Shown piece by piece: positions 9,915 through 22,672 of a DNA stretch of 64,000 nt. The notes under the pieces are model-generated. The model was not told the DNA's origin and did not search any database. It was given only the letters and a program-made list of their open reading frames with translations. The DNA comes from Vulcanimicrobiota bacterium. Its GTDB lineage: Bacteria; Vulcanimicrobiota; Xenobia; Xenobiales; JADMJV01. Where the stretch lies: positions 2,500,891-2,564,890 of the forward strand of contig JBFWNU010000001.1 of the NCBI GenBank assembly GCA_050250895.1. The letters are read 5' to 3'. The translations under genes and the position numbers were made by a program. Position 1 is the stretch's first letter; each line of letters begins with the position of its first letter.

Positions 9915-10355
9915 ATGGCAGGCTTGATTGTCCTGTGCGGCGTGCTGGGAGGCATGGCGGCCGCCCTGCAGGGGCCACTCACCAGCATGATCAGCCAGCG
10001 CCTGGGGGTGCTCGAAGCCGTTTTCATCATCCATTTCGGAGGCGCTCTGGCCGTGCTGCCTCTGATGCTGGGCTTCGGCGGCGGAGCCATTCGCCAATGG
10101 AAGACCGTGCCCTGGTATGCCCTGTGCGCCGGGGCGCTGGGTCTGGTGGTGCTGTGGTCGATCACGTTTTGCATTCCGAAAGTGGGCGTCACCACGACCA
10201 TTACGGCCTTCGTGGCCGGGCAATTGGTGCTGGGAATGGTGCTTGACCACTTCGGTCTGTTCATCCCCGAGCCCCGACCGGCGGACCTGGCCCGAATGGG
10301 AGGCCTGCTGCTGGTCTTTCTAGGCACCTGGTTATTCCTTAAGCCGACGAGTTGA
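9915..10355 (+). CDS. DMT family transporter (YdcZ/DUF606-like)
   Basis: AALQG, VPWYAL.AG.LG, GQLV...LDHFGLF. Confidence 0.88.
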   Translation: MAGLIVLCGVLGGMAAALQGPLTSMISQRLGVLEAVFIIHFGGALAVLPLMLGFGGGAIRQWKTVPWYALCAGALGLVVLWSITFCIPKVGVTTTITAFVAGQLVLGMVLDHFGLFIPEPRPADLARMGGLLLVFLGTWLFLKPTS

Positions 10356-10357
10356 AC

Positions 10358-10999
10358 ATGCGCGACTTTTACAGCCTGACCAAACGCCACAAATGCTGGG
10401 ATGCTTTCACCGAATGGTCCTACATCCAATGGGCTGTGCCCGACAATTGCATCCTGCAGAGTCGAGACGAGCTGGTGGCCCTGTGCGAGTGGATCGAAGA
10501 GCACGAGATTCGGACCTATCTCGAGATTGGCTGCTGGACCGGCAAACTGGCTTCGCTGTTGCATGAGCTGTTCGCTTTTGACAAGCTGGCGGTGTGCGAT
10601 ATCGGATTGTGCAAGAAGTATCAGTTCGACCTCGAGTTGCCGCAAGACGCGGATCTTTTCCTGGGTAGCTCGTTTTCGCCCGAGTTTCTCGAGTGGCGAG
10701 CGGGCCTCGGTCCCGTCGATCTGGTGTTTCTCGATGCCGATCATACCGCTCAAGGGTTGCGCGCCGACCTGGCCAACAACTTGCGCGCTGGCTGCCGTTT
10801 TTTAGCCATCCACGACATCACCAGCGGCCTGACCGGCACCCAGGAGGTGTCGGCCCTGTGGCAGACGCTACCCGGCCCCAAGATCGAGATCGTCAAGCCC
10901 CATAGCGAGTTGGGCCTGGACGATTCCAAGACCGGTATCGGCATCCTGGTGATCGAGAATCGGCCCGAGCGAGTGGAGGAAATCCTGGCTGCCCTATGA
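10358..10999 (+). CDS. Class I SAM-dependent methyltransferase (Methyltransf_24-like)
   Basis: YLEIG..G, DLVFLDADH, IHDI motifs. Confidence 0.75.
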   Translation: MRDFYSLTKRHKCWDAFTEWSYIQWAVPDNCILQSRDELVALCEWIEEHEIRTYLEIGCWTGKLASLLHELFAFDKLAVCDIGLCKKYQFDLELPQDADLFLGSSFSPEFLEWRAGLGPVDLVFLDADHTAQGLRADLANNLRAGCRFLAIHDITSGLTGTQEVSALWQTLPGPKIEIVKPHSELGLDDSKTGIGILVIENRPERVEEILAAL

Positions 11000-11988
11000 T
11001 CGACCGCCGGGTTAGCATCGCCCCGATGATGGGCTGCACCGACCGTCATGAACGCTTTTTCCTCAGGCGTCTGACCCACCATGCCCTGCTCTATACCGAG
11101 ATGATCGCTCCCGGAGCCATTCTTTTCGGCAACCGGCGGCGCTTTCTGGGCTTTGACCCGTGCGAGCACCCGGTGGCCCTGCAGCTGGGCGATCACGACC
11201 CCGGCCGCCTGGCCACCTGCGCCGCCCTGGCCGAAGAATGGGGCTTTGACGAGGTGAACCTCAACGTGGGCTGCCCCAGCGAACGAGGCACCGATCGTCG
11301 CTTTGGCGCCTGTCTCATGGGCGAGCCCGAGACAGTGGCCGCCTGCGTGACGGCTATGCAGGCCGCTACCAGCCTGCCGGTCACGGTCAAGACCCGGGTG
11401 GGCATCGATCGTCAGGATAGCTACGAACTTTTTCGTGCCTTCATCGACGTGGTGGCCGAGGCCGGCTGCCGCACCTTTATTGTCCACGCTCGCAAGGCCT
11501 GGCTCGAGGGGCTGAGTCCCAAAGACAATCGCGAAGTGCCGCCGTTGCGCTATGAATACGTCTATCGGCTCAAGCAAGAGCTGCCCGAGTTGACGGTGGT
11601 GATCAACGGAGGCATTCGAGACTGGAAGTCGGCCCGCGGCCATCTCGACTATGTCGACGGCGTGATGATCGGGCGCGAGGCCTACGAGAACCCTTATTTT
11701 CTGGCCACTCTCGACCGCGACTTCTACGGCGATGACCATCCCATCCTGACCCGGGAAGAGGCCTTAGAGAGCTTCTTGCCTTACATCGAGAGAAATCTGG
11801 CCGAGGGAGTGCCGCTGTTCAAGATGGCTCGCCATCTCATCGGCCTCTATCGCAACGAGCCCCGGGCCCGGGCCTGGCGCCGGCACCTTACCGAAGGCAG
11901 CGTCCCTCGCGACGCCGGACTCGAGGTGCTCCACCAGGGACTCAAGATTGCATCGGGAAGATTCCTGTCAAAATCAACCAGGGAGTAA
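10996..11988 (+). CDS. dusA: tRNA dihydrouridine(20/20a) synthase
   Basis: APMM..TDRH.R, EHPVALQLG, NLNVGCPS, VHARKAWL.GLSPK.NREVPPL. Confidence 0.95.
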   Translation: MIDRRVSIAPMMGCTDRHERFFLRRLTHHALLYTEMIAPGAILFGNRRRFLGFDPCEHPVALQLGDHDPGRLATCAALAEEWGFDEVNLNVGCPSERGTDRRFGACLMGEPETVAACVTAMQAATSLPVTVKTRVGIDRQDSYELFRAFIDVVAEAGCRTFIVHARKAWLEGLSPKDNREVPPLRYEYVYRLKQELPELTVVINGGIRDWKSARGHLDYVDGVMIGREAYENPYFLATLDRDFYGDDHPILTREEALESFLPYIERNLAEGVPLFKMARHLIGLYRNEPRARAWRRHLTEGSVPRDAGLEVLHQGLKIASGRFLSKSTRE

Positions 11989-11991
11989 GGT

Positions 11992-12438
11992 ATGTATTCC
12001 AAGATCCTCGTTCCTCTTGATGGTTCAGAACTGGCCGAGCAGGCCCTCGTGCCCGCGGCCGAACTGGCGCGCCGCTTCGGAGCCGAGCTTTACCTGGTAC
12101 GGGTGTTTCTGCCCCCGGTGGTCTCGCCGGCGGCCTGGACCTCCATCGATATGACCAGGATTCGGGCGGAAGAAGAGAAGTTCCTGAGAACCTATCTCGA
12201 CGAGCGCAAAGTCGAGGGGATCGTGTGCCATCGTCTATTGGTCGAGGGCGAGGCGGCCGACGCTCTGATGCACACCGCCAAGGAACAGGGGATCGACCTG
12301 ATCGTCATGACTTCTCACGGGCGCACTGGTTTGAACCGCTGGCTCTTCGGGAGTGTGGCCGAGCGGGTGGTCAGGCACTCACCCTGTCCTGTCCTGACCA
12401 TCGGCCCGGATAGCCTCAAGCGCGAACCGTCGGCCTGA
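11992..12438 (+). CDS. Universal stress protein
   Basis: ILVPLDGS, DLIVMTSHGRTG..GSVAERVVRHSPCPVL. Confidence 0.95.
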   Translation: MYSKILVPLDGSELAEQALVPAAELARRFGAELYLVRVFLPPVVSPAAWTSIDMTRIRAEEEKFLRTYLDERKVEGIVCHRLLVEGEAADALMHTAKEQGIDLIVMTSHGRTGLNRWLFGSVAERVVRHSPCPVLTIGPDSLKREPSA

Positions 12439-13918
12439 AGCGGGGGGCACCCACCGCGAACTCCGGCTCAAGCCCGAGACTCCGCAAGCAGATCGGCGCC
12501 ACATCGACCGCCCGAGTTACCTCGGGCAACTCCAGGCTACCGCCAAAGCCGGCCACGAAGAGCGGTGAAGTCGAATCCAGCCGGTGGAGCGAGCCGTGCG
12601 AACCCCCGCTCTGGTGGATGGAAGTGTCGCCGGTCATGAACTCATAGCCCGGTTGGCTGGTCACCCACATCTGGCCGCCGTCGCGATTGTCGAGCCCACC
12701 CACGATCCGTTCCAGGGCGTTGGGATAGTCGCCATACTGGATCTGACCGTCTCGCACCGAGGCGTCCACGACTTCCAGGTCACCTTCGAAATCCCAGCCA
12801 CCCCCGTAGGCATCGTTGGCTTTGTCTCCCGGCCGAAAGGTCAGGCGTTGGTCGCCCCGAGCAACCTGGAAGCCCTGCTGGTCGCGCCACAGCACCTGGT
12901 CGACTCTGGGGTCGTCGAGCAGGCAGTTGAGCACCTCGCTGAAGACCTGCTGTTCGCGGAAATAGAGCTGAGCCGTTCGCATGTCGGGGCAAACCTTGAG
13001 CCGGCACTCTTGAGGCCAACTGCCGGGCGGGGCCACCTTGAAGTCGGCCAGCATCTGGTCGAGGGCGATGCCAGCCTCGCTGTCTCTCATCTTGCTCTGG
13101 GAATGGTCGCCGGTGACTACCACGGTGAGGTCCTCGAGCGCCTGCTCCAGTCCGCCCAGGCGTTCGAAGAAGGCCGCCAGGGCCTGATCCACTTCATCGA
13201 TCTGTTCCAGACCCGCCTCGGGGCCGTGCTTGTGGCAGTGATAGTCGTGATCGGGAAAGTAGGCCAGGGTGAAGTCGGGTAGTTCGTCCTGGTCGGCCAG
13301 ATGCAGTAGCAGCCGGGCCGTGTTGTCGTCGTTGAATCCGAAGCGCCCCAACAGACCCCCTTTTCGATCGGGCGATTCCTGGTCGCGCTCGCGGTCGCTA
13401 TCGACCATGTCTCCAAAATACAGAATCTTTGGGCCAGAGACCGACTGCTCGGCCTCGACGCTGGGGTGCCAAGAAAACCACAGAGGGACCTCGACCTGGT
13501 GAGGCTGATCGCCGTGAAACATGAGATAGTTGAGCGAGGCGGCTCGCATTCCCCGACCCTCGGCCATCTGGAAGAGAGTGGGAAGGCGCAGGCGCGAGCC
13601 GTTGAGTTTCTTGAGGCACTCCTCGAAGAACTCGCCAAAGCCGAGCTTGGCCACCACCCAGAAGTCGTCGCCATAGTAGACATCCTGCTTGTTGTCCTGA
13701 TCGTACCAGTGGAAGCCGAGGATATTGTGTCGACTCGGGTAGCCACCGGTCACCAGGGTCGAGGTGGCGGCCGGCGTTAGCGACGGAAAGATCGAGATGC
13801 TCTGGCGGCGCAGCTGCCCGAGTTCGGCCAGCCCGGCCAGGGTCGGAAAGCGCTGGAGTTCCGGCAGCAGGGTCTGGGAGTTCAGGGCGTCGATGACAAC
13901 CAGGAGTGTTTTCTTCAT
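12416..13918 (-). CDS. Alkaline phosphatase superfamily / nucleotide pyrophosphatase
   Basis: VVIDAL, FPSLTP, D...H..G, GDHSQ, GGSHGS; start MKKTLL. Confidence 0.85.
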   Translation of the reverse strand: MKKTLLVVIDALNSQTLLPELQRFPTLAGLAELGQLRRQSISIFPSLTPAATSTLVTGGYPSRHNILGFHWYDQDNKQDVYYGDDFWVVAKLGFGEFFEECLKKLNGSRLRLPTLFQMAEGRGMRAASLNYLMFHGDQPHQVEVPLWFSWHPSVEAEQSVSGPKILYFGDMVDSDRERDQESPDRKGGLLGRFGFNDDNTARLLLHLADQDELPDFTLAYFPDHDYHCHKHGPEAGLEQIDEVDQALAAFFERLGGLEQALEDLTVVVTGDHSQSKMRDSEAGIALDQMLADFKVAPPGSWPQECRLKVCPDMRTAQLYFREQQVFSEVLNCLLDDPRVDQVLWRDQQGFQVARGDQRLTFRPGDKANDAYGGGWDFEGDLEVVDASVRDGQIQYGDYPNALERIVGGLDNRDGGQMWVTSQPGYEFMTGDTSIHQSGGSHGSLHRLDSTSPLFVAGFGGSLELPEVTRAVDVAPICLRSLGLEPEFAVGAPRFRPTVRA

Positions 13919-13989
13919 GTCTTCAGGATAGGGCAGGCTGAACTCTGGCAGGAGGTCTTCAAGGCTAATGGGGGGGCACCCGAACAGAC

Positions 13990-14448
13990 CTATTTCGCGC
14001 CCTCTTGCTCGCGACCACAGAGCGAGCAAAAGCGGGCGGTGGGCTTGAGGCGATGGTTGCAGAACACGCAGTTTCGCTCGCTGGATTCGGCCGGGGAAGG
14101 CTCTTCCTTAAGTTGAGCCAGGCCTTGAATATCGAGTTCGATGCCCATCAGGACCTCGCCCAGGCGGGCGAAGGGGGTGGCCAGGAATGGATGGCTGCGC
14201 ATCTCGGCAAAGAGAGCGTTATAGCCTTCGAGGTCGCGAAACTCACAAATGACGAAATCGCTGAACTCACCCGTCCAGGCATCTCCGTCAAAGATCTGGC
14301 AGTGGACCCCGGGGTGGCGTCGCAGGATTTCGAAGAGTTGGCTGCCATAGTCCTGGCGGGTGAGTACATCGAGTTCATACCAGCGCGGCAACAGCTGCAG
14401 CTCGATGAGAGCGACAAAGGCTGGTTGCTCGCTAATGCTCCTGATCAT
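13990..14448 (-). CDS. Darcynin-like protein with C-terminal zinc ribbon
   Basis: W..L....R, FD.DAWTG.FSDF...E; C-terminal CVFC...FCSLCG. Confidence 0.6.
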   Translation of the reverse strand: MIRSISEQPAFVALIELQLLPRWYELDVLTRQDYGSQLFEILRRHPGVHCQIFDGDAWTGEFSDFVICEFRDLEGYNALFAEMRSHPFLATPFARLGEVLMGIELDIQGLAQLKEEPSPAESSERNCVFCNHRLKPTARFCSLCGREQEGAK

Positions 14449-14776
14449 CGGCCTCCTCCTCGCTCTTTTGATAGTCAGGATTGGGCATGCCCAGCGTCAC
14501 GCGGTCCAGGCGCGCGTGGGCGTCGAGAAAAATGGGGTGCTCGCGCACATCGTTCCAGAGCTTCCAGTAGTCGTGAAGGTTGGAAAACTCGCACACGAAG
14601 AACTCGGCCACTCGCCCCATCCAGGGGGCCGAGTCAAACCACCGGCAGCGAACGTTGTCGCGCGATAGGAGAAGCTCAGCCAGATGGGCCCGCAATCGGG
14701 TTCGCTCGTCGGCGGCCAGCCGATACCACGAAGGCTCGAGGGTGATCCTCACAACGGCCGTGATCTTCACCCTCAA
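14432..14776 (-). CDS. Darcynin-like protein
   Basis: Similar to the neighbouring ORF (WYRL...R, WFDSAPWMGRVAEFFVCEF). Confidence 0.6.
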   Translation of the reverse strand: MRVKITAVVRITLEPSWYRLAADERTRLRAHLAELLLSRDNVRCRWFDSAPWMGRVAEFFVCEFSNLHDYWKLWNDVREHPIFLDAHARLDRVTLGMPNPDYQKSEEEADDQEH

Positions 14777-14792
14777 ATCTTCGAAAGCAAGC

Positions 14793-17783
<2,991 letters not shown>

Positions 17784-17888
17784 GTCAAAACTCCTAAAGG
17801 CTCGTGATTGGAGGCTTGCCTTTCTCCAAGGGGCAAAGTCCACCCTTTTGACGGGCGTGTGATGCTCAGGTGGTTTGCTGAGATGGCT

Positions 17889-18716
17889 ATGAATGTCGAT
17901 ACGAATCGAGCCTTTCGATACAGTGCCCCCCCGCGTGGGGCCCACTCGGGTCAGCCCGAAGCCGTGGATTTGCCGGACCGCTTCGACGCTCGACCTCCAA
18001 AAAGCCACGACTGGAGGCCCCTGGCTCTCGGGGCCCTGGGAATGGTCGCCCTCACCCCGATGGTCGCGCAGGCCGCCCAGGCCGAGCCTTGCACCCTCGA
18101 TGTCGGCCCGTCGCTCCAGCAACTGCAAGAGCTCTCCACCGCTCGCAGCAGCGATGACCCCATCAGCGCCAAGTTGCGCGGCTACCTGGCCGAGAAGCTC
18201 GAGGAAGTGGGCAAGACCACCAAGGGTTTCGAGCGCGACTTCCGCCAACTCCACCAACTCGGCCAACGACTCGAGCAGCACCGGGAATTGGGCGAAGGCA
18301 CTCACTTCGTAGCCGGGCAACTCATTACGGTCACGCCTGACCAGGTCACCGTTCTCCAAGAAGATCTGCGCTGGGTGTCCCAGAACGGGGGCCAGGAGGT
18401 GCGGGTCGAAGACCCCGATCAAACCGTCCTGCAGCGTCTCTCCATGGGCGACACGACGGTGGTCGAAGGCGAGCGCGGCAAGCTGACCCGCTTTGCCAAC
18501 GGCGCCCTCGAAGTCCAGGCCAACGGCGAGGCCATCAAAATCGACGGCAACACCTTCAGCCGCACCACCATCGACGCTTCCGACGAGGGCTCGCGCATCG
18601 TCGAAGAAAAGCTCACCGCCAGTCCCGAGGACGTTCGCGCCACCTCGGTCATCGAGACTCGCGACGCCGACGAAAAGCCTCTGCTGCGCATCGAGATCGA
18701 GATGCGGGCCGGATAG
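17889..18716 (+). CDS. Hypothetical protein with one hydrophobic segment
   Basis: Coding-like codon usage; start uncertain (17808-17889). Confidence 0.55.
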   Translation: MNVDTNRAFRYSAPPRGAHSGQPEAVDLPDRFDARPPKSHDWRPLALGALGMVALTPMVAQAAQAEPCTLDVGPSLQQLQELSTARSSDDPISAKLRGYLAEKLEEVGKTTKGFERDFRQLHQLGQRLEQHRELGEGTHFVAGQLITVTPDQVTVLQEDLRWVSQNGGQEVRVEDPDQTVLQRLSMGDTTVVEGERGKLTRFANGALEVQANGEAIKIDGNTFSRTTIDASDEGSRIVEEKLTASPEDVRATSVIETRDADEKPLLRIEIEMRAG

Positions 18717-18819
18717 TTTTTCATCTCTTGCGATAGTTTGTTACATTCGTCGCGCGCGGGTCAGGGGCAGATCAGCCACCCGGGCTATCCTTATGGAAAC
18801 ACCACCAAGGAGCCCACCG

Positions 18820-19734
18820 ATGAGTCTGTCCGTTCTCTCTCCCGCCCTGGCCACCACCAATCTGCAGCGCGCCTACCAATCCTATGCCGCCCCAGCCGCA
18901 GGCCCGAGCGGTCCGGTCGATAGCGGCATCTCTCCCGCTCGGGGCGCCAACCTGTCGCTAGAAGACGGTTGGTCGGCGGTGGGCCAGGGTCACACCGCCC
19001 CGGCCGTGCGCGATGGCGGCGCCGTCGAGGCCAAGGCCCAGGGGGGACCGACCTCGCCACAGACGGCCTTCCTCGACGGGATGCGCGAAGCCGGCATCCA
19101 GGCCAGCAATCCTCCCACCGAGGCCCAGCTCAAGAAATACTTCGGCACCTTCAACAATGCCAAGCACCGCGGCGAAGCTCCGGCCAAGTTCCAGGAATAC
19201 AGCCAGGCCTTCCACGTGCACGAAGCCGAGACCGGCCACGGCGATGTCCAATATAGCAAAGAGACCAACTATATGTTGGGCAATAAGTTCTACAAGAACG
19301 AGGCCGAGGTCCAGAAAGCGGCCGATAAAGCCCAGAAAGAGTGGGATTACGTCGAGACCGCCGACGCCAGCAGCTGGAAGGACATCAAGGGCGCCGACCA
19401 GCATACCGATGGCCGCCTCATCCAGGACTGCGAAGGCTTTGCCTTCATGGGGCAAGAGCTATTGGGCGCGGCCGGCTACAAGACTTCGCAAGTGGCCACC
19501 TGGGGCGACAACGGAACCGCCCACGCCATGGCCGTACTCGAGGACCCCAACGGCGGCCCGTCGGCCGTGGTCAGCAACGATCGCGTCTTCCAGGGTAACG
19601 ACAAGACCGAACTGCTCGACCAGGGTTGGGGCTATGCCACCGGCAACGACGGCAGCGGTCACGGGGCCTACTTCGAGGACACCACCCAGGCGCGGGCCCA
19701 GACCCGCATGACCCTGGGGCGCTCTAGAAACTAA
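18820..19734 (+). CDS. Hypothetical protein with putative papain/transglutaminase-like Cys-His-Asn/Asp domain
   Basis: RBS AGGAG before ATG 18820; low-complexity N-terminus; QDCEGFA...HAMAV...VSND. Confidence 0.55.
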   Translation: MSLSVLSPALATTNLQRAYQSYAAPAAGPSGPVDSGISPARGANLSLEDGWSAVGQGHTAPAVRDGGAVEAKAQGGPTSPQTAFLDGMREAGIQASNPPTEAQLKKYFGTFNNAKHRGEAPAKFQEYSQAFHVHEAETGHGDVQYSKETNYMLGNKFYKNEAEVQKAADKAQKEWDYVETADASSWKDIKGADQHTDGRLIQDCEGFAFMGQELLGAAGYKTSQVATWGDNGTAHAMAVLEDPNGGPSAVVSNDRVFQGNDKTELLDQGWGYATGNDGSGHGAYFEDTTQARAQTRMTLGRSRN

Positions 19735-21691
19735 TGGCCCAACTGGGGTGGCCGCGGCCGATGCCCTGCAGCAAGGTGCGTCGACCGCTGCCATCGACGG
19801 CGCTGACCTCCAGATCGCCCCAGCCGTGGGCCAGCACGAATTCGCCATCTGGGCTGGGACGGGCTCCGCAGGCGGGGGTGTAGCTGTCGTTGAGCAGTTG
19901 GGGCGGCGACGAGGTCAGGTCGAGCCGACCGCGGTGGATCGACTCACCGCCCCCGGCATCGGTGGCGAAGATGATCTCGTCGGTTCCGGGCAAAAAGTTG
20001 GGGCTGTGGACCAGAGCCCCGGTATAGTTGGTGATGTTGGTCCAGGTGCCGGTGGCTACCTCGACTACGTAGAGGTTGCTGCGGTAGTCGACCGTTTCGC
20101 CCTGGCCGTTGAGTCGATACTCGGTGGGACCGCCCTCGGCCAGAATGAATTGGCCGCTCGGATCCCAGACATGGTAGTTGACCATGCTCACTGGATCGGT
20201 CATGCCGCTGACACCCAGTTGGCGAAGGCCGGTGACGCCTCCGACGGGAGCCTGACCCAGGGGAGTGGGATCGCTACCGTCGACCTTGACCACGAAGAGC
20301 TCGAAGGTGCTACCCACCTGGGCGCTAAAGCAGATGTAGTTGCCGGTGGGGTCGAACTCGGGATTGAAGGCCTGGTTGAGACCGTGGGCCCCCGAGTTCA
20401 CCACCTCTTGCAGTTGGCTGCCGTCGGGATTCATCGTGTAGATGTTCCAACGCCCTCCGCGCAGCGACGAGAAGGTGATCAGGCTGCCATCGGGAGACCA
20501 GCTCGGATCGGTGTCGGGGCCCGGAAAGTTGGTGAGGTTAGTGAGGTCGGTGCCATCGGCGTTGAGGGCGCAGATCTCGGCGTTGCCCTCGCCGTTGGGA
20601 TCGGCCGCAATCACGATACGGCCTCGGGGCAAGACCGAGATTTTACCGGTCAATCCCACCACTCCAGAGGCTTGCCCTCCGCGCTGATCGACCACTTCAT
20701 ACTCCAGGGTGAATTCCTGGTTGGGCACGGCGTCGTTGGGAGGTCGCCATTCATGGAGAGAGGTCCAGTGCTGGTTGACCGGATCCCACTGCATCTCGGT
20801 AAGTTCCGCCTGCGAGAACGTGCCCCCGTCAGGGCTGGTCCAACGGCTGTAGAGGGTGTCGCCGTCCTCGTCTTCGGCCTCGAGGCGCAGGCTCACGAAG
20901 CCCTTGAGTTTGACCGTGCCCGAGGCGCCGGCCGGCAGCGTGGCGGCATTGGGATTGGGAAAGAGCTCGGCCGTGGCCGTCGGAATCTCGTTGGCGGGCG
21001 TGGCGGCGGCCAGGGCGGGGGCGCAAGCCGAAGCGGGCGGATAGGGGTCGCGCATCGGCACACTGCCGTCGACCAGCCCGCGAATGATTTCTACCTGCCC
21101 GGTAGTGGCGACGCGCACGGTGAAAGGCCGAGCCACCTCGGTCAAGCGGGCGAAACTTTGCCCTCCCACGCTGCCGGATCCGAGGGTCAAGCCGTCGCAA
21201 CAGACGATGTGCCGGGCGTGGTCGAAGACGACTCCGTTGGTGACCATGGCCCCCGAGGGTAGAAAGACCAGCATGTCGAGGTCGGGTGGGGGTTGCCAGG
21301 CGAGCAAGTCGAACTCGCTACCGCCATTGAACAGAGTGGAATCGTCCCCCACTTGCTGGGGCTTGGGGACATCCCAGAAGCCATAAAAAAGATAGCTTCC
21401 GCGCATGTCGCGGCCAAGGTTGACCACCCGCTCGACGCGGGGCTTGAAATTGCCCTGCACCACCGCCAGGCTCTGGGAAAAGCCGGTGGCCTGGGCGGGA
21501 AAGACCACGGCCGTGGGGATGCCGGTGGCTAGAGCCCGTTCTCGGGCAGCCTTGATTTCGCCCGCTACCACCTGGGCCATCCGCTCGGCCGAGCCCTGCC
21601 TGGGACGCAGGTTGAGGGTGAACAGGCCGAAGGTCAACAGGACCAGCCCCAGGGCGAACATCAACTCGACCAGCGAAAAACCGCGCTTCAA
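19724..21691 (-). CDS. Pilin-like protein fused to Ig-like and TolB/PD40 beta-propeller domains
   Basis: TTG start KRG|FSLVE; DEDGDTL, PSWSPDGS.I.FSS.R.G...IY.MN.DG. Confidence 0.85.
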   Translation of the reverse strand: MKRGFSLVELMFALGLVLLTFGLFTLNLRPRQGSAERMAQVVAGEIKAARERALATGIPTAVVFPAQATGFSQSLAVVQGNFKPRVERVVNLGRDMRGSYLFYGFWDVPKPQQVGDDSTLFNGGSEFDLLAWQPPPDLDMLVFLPSGAMVTNGVVFDHARHIVCCDGLTLGSGSVGGQSFARLTEVARPFTVRVATTGQVEIIRGLVDGSVPMRDPYPPASACAPALAAATPANEIPTATAELFPNPNAATLPAGASGTVKLKGFVSLRLEAEDEDGDTLYSRWTSPDGGTFSQAELTEMQWDPVNQHWTSLHEWRPPNDAVPNQEFTLEYEVVDQRGGQASGVVGLTGKISVLPRGRIVIAADPNGEGNAEICALNADGTDLTNLTNFPGPDTDPSWSPDGSLITFSSLRGGRWNIYTMNPDGSQLQEVVNSGAHGLNQAFNPEFDPTGNYICFSAQVGSTFELFVVKVDGSDPTPLGQAPVGGVTGLRQLGVSGMTDPVSMVNYHVWDPSGQFILAEGGPTEYRLNGQGETVDYRSNLYVVEVATGTWTNITNYTGALVHSPNFLPGTDEIIFATDAGGGESIHRGRLDLTSSPPQLLNDSYTPACGARPSPDGEFVLAHGWGDLEVSAVDGSGRRTLLQGIGRGHPSWAISF

Positions 21692-21692
21692 C

Positions 21693-22169
21693 TTACAGAC
21701 TCCCTTCATCGACGATGCGCAACCAGCGAAAATAGGTGGGATTGCTGGCTGCATCCCCCCGCAGGTCGAGAGTCGCCCGCAACAGCCTTCGGGCTCGGGG
21801 CTCGGTCAGACTGCCCACCAGACCCAGCGACTCGACTTCGATGAAACGGTAAGGGTCGTATTTGTGACTCACTTCTAGACGGACCATGTAATACCCCGCC
21901 ACCTCGATACCATCCGGGGCCAGGACCTCTTCGACCACCTGATACTCAGGCTGGTCTTCGGCCGCCTGAGGCGGAAAGTTGTAATCATGCACCAGTCGCA
22001 CTCGCGTCTCTTCCAACCCGGCCATGGCCAGTTCGCGAGCCGTGGCCGAGAGGGCGCTAGCCTTGACCCCGCGATAGGTGCCGGCCCGGGCCGCCAGCAG
22101 GGTGCCGCCGGCCACCAGCAACAGGGCGCACATCAGCAGCGTCACGATCAGAGCCGAGCCTCGCTTCAT
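21693..22169 (-). CDS. PilX-like minor pilin
   Basis: MKRG|SALIV (no Glu+5), A..LA.AGLE motif. Confidence 0.75.
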   Translation of the reverse strand: MKRGSALIVTLLMCALLLVAGGTLLAARAGTYRGVKASALSATARELAMAGLEETRVRLVHDYNFPPQAAEDQPEYQVVEEVLAPDGIEVAGYYMVRLEVSHKYDPYRFIEVESLGLVGSLTEPRARRLLRATLDLRGDAASNPTYFRWLRIVDEGSL

Positions 22170-22672
22170 GGGCGCCACACCTCGGCTCGATAGGGACTGC
22201 TGCCGATGAGGTTGAGGGCCAGGTGAAGATTGCCGTTGGGCCGGATCTCGGCAGCGAAGCCGTTCACCTGGTTGGTGATGGCCAATTTCTCTCCGCCATC
22301 GACCTGGCGGAACAGGACCTCACCCTCCACCGCAAAGGTCACCTCTTCCGTGGTCACGGCGCTGAAGGTCCAGCCGGACGGGGCGGGATAGGCCGGACTG
22401 GGGAACTCGTAGTCGGCTCGGATGCGCTCGAACACCAGGCGCGAACTGGTTCCGGTCCCGCTGGGGTCGGGCTCGATGAGTCGAATCGAGCTGTCGACCT
22501 CGTGACGCACCCGGTTGAGGGCGGCCATGGCCTCGAGCGCCCGGTCGCTCTCGTCGGAATGCTTGATGGTGCGCTGGGCCTGGCTGAGCAGGTCGGTGAC
22601 CGTGCCCAGCACCAGAAAGATCAAAGCCAGCGAGACCAGGGCTTCCAGCAGGGTCAAGCCACGACGGTTCAT
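22166..22672 (-). CDS. PilW-like minor pilin
   Basis: MNRRG|LTLLE prepilin motif. Confidence 0.85.
   Translation of the reverse strand: MNRRGLTLLEALVSLALIFLVLGTVTDLLSQAQRTIKHSDESDRALEAMAALNRVRHEVDSSIRLIEPDPSGTGTSSRLVFERIRADYEFPSPAYPAPSGWTFSAVTTEEVTFAVEGEVLFRQVDGGEKLAITNQVNGFAAEIRPNGNLHLALNLIGSSPYRAEVWRP

Noticed and set aside
10996-11988. dusA (and csaA, RlmM-like) as members of the tRNA-mimic system
   Set aside because: Common housekeeping genes, distant from the locus or convergent with it; no evidence of co-regulation.
17784-18422. N-terminal extension of glyQS (1209-aa ORF call)
   Set aside because: It overlaps an opposite-strand gene; the RBS and homology start at GTG 17783.
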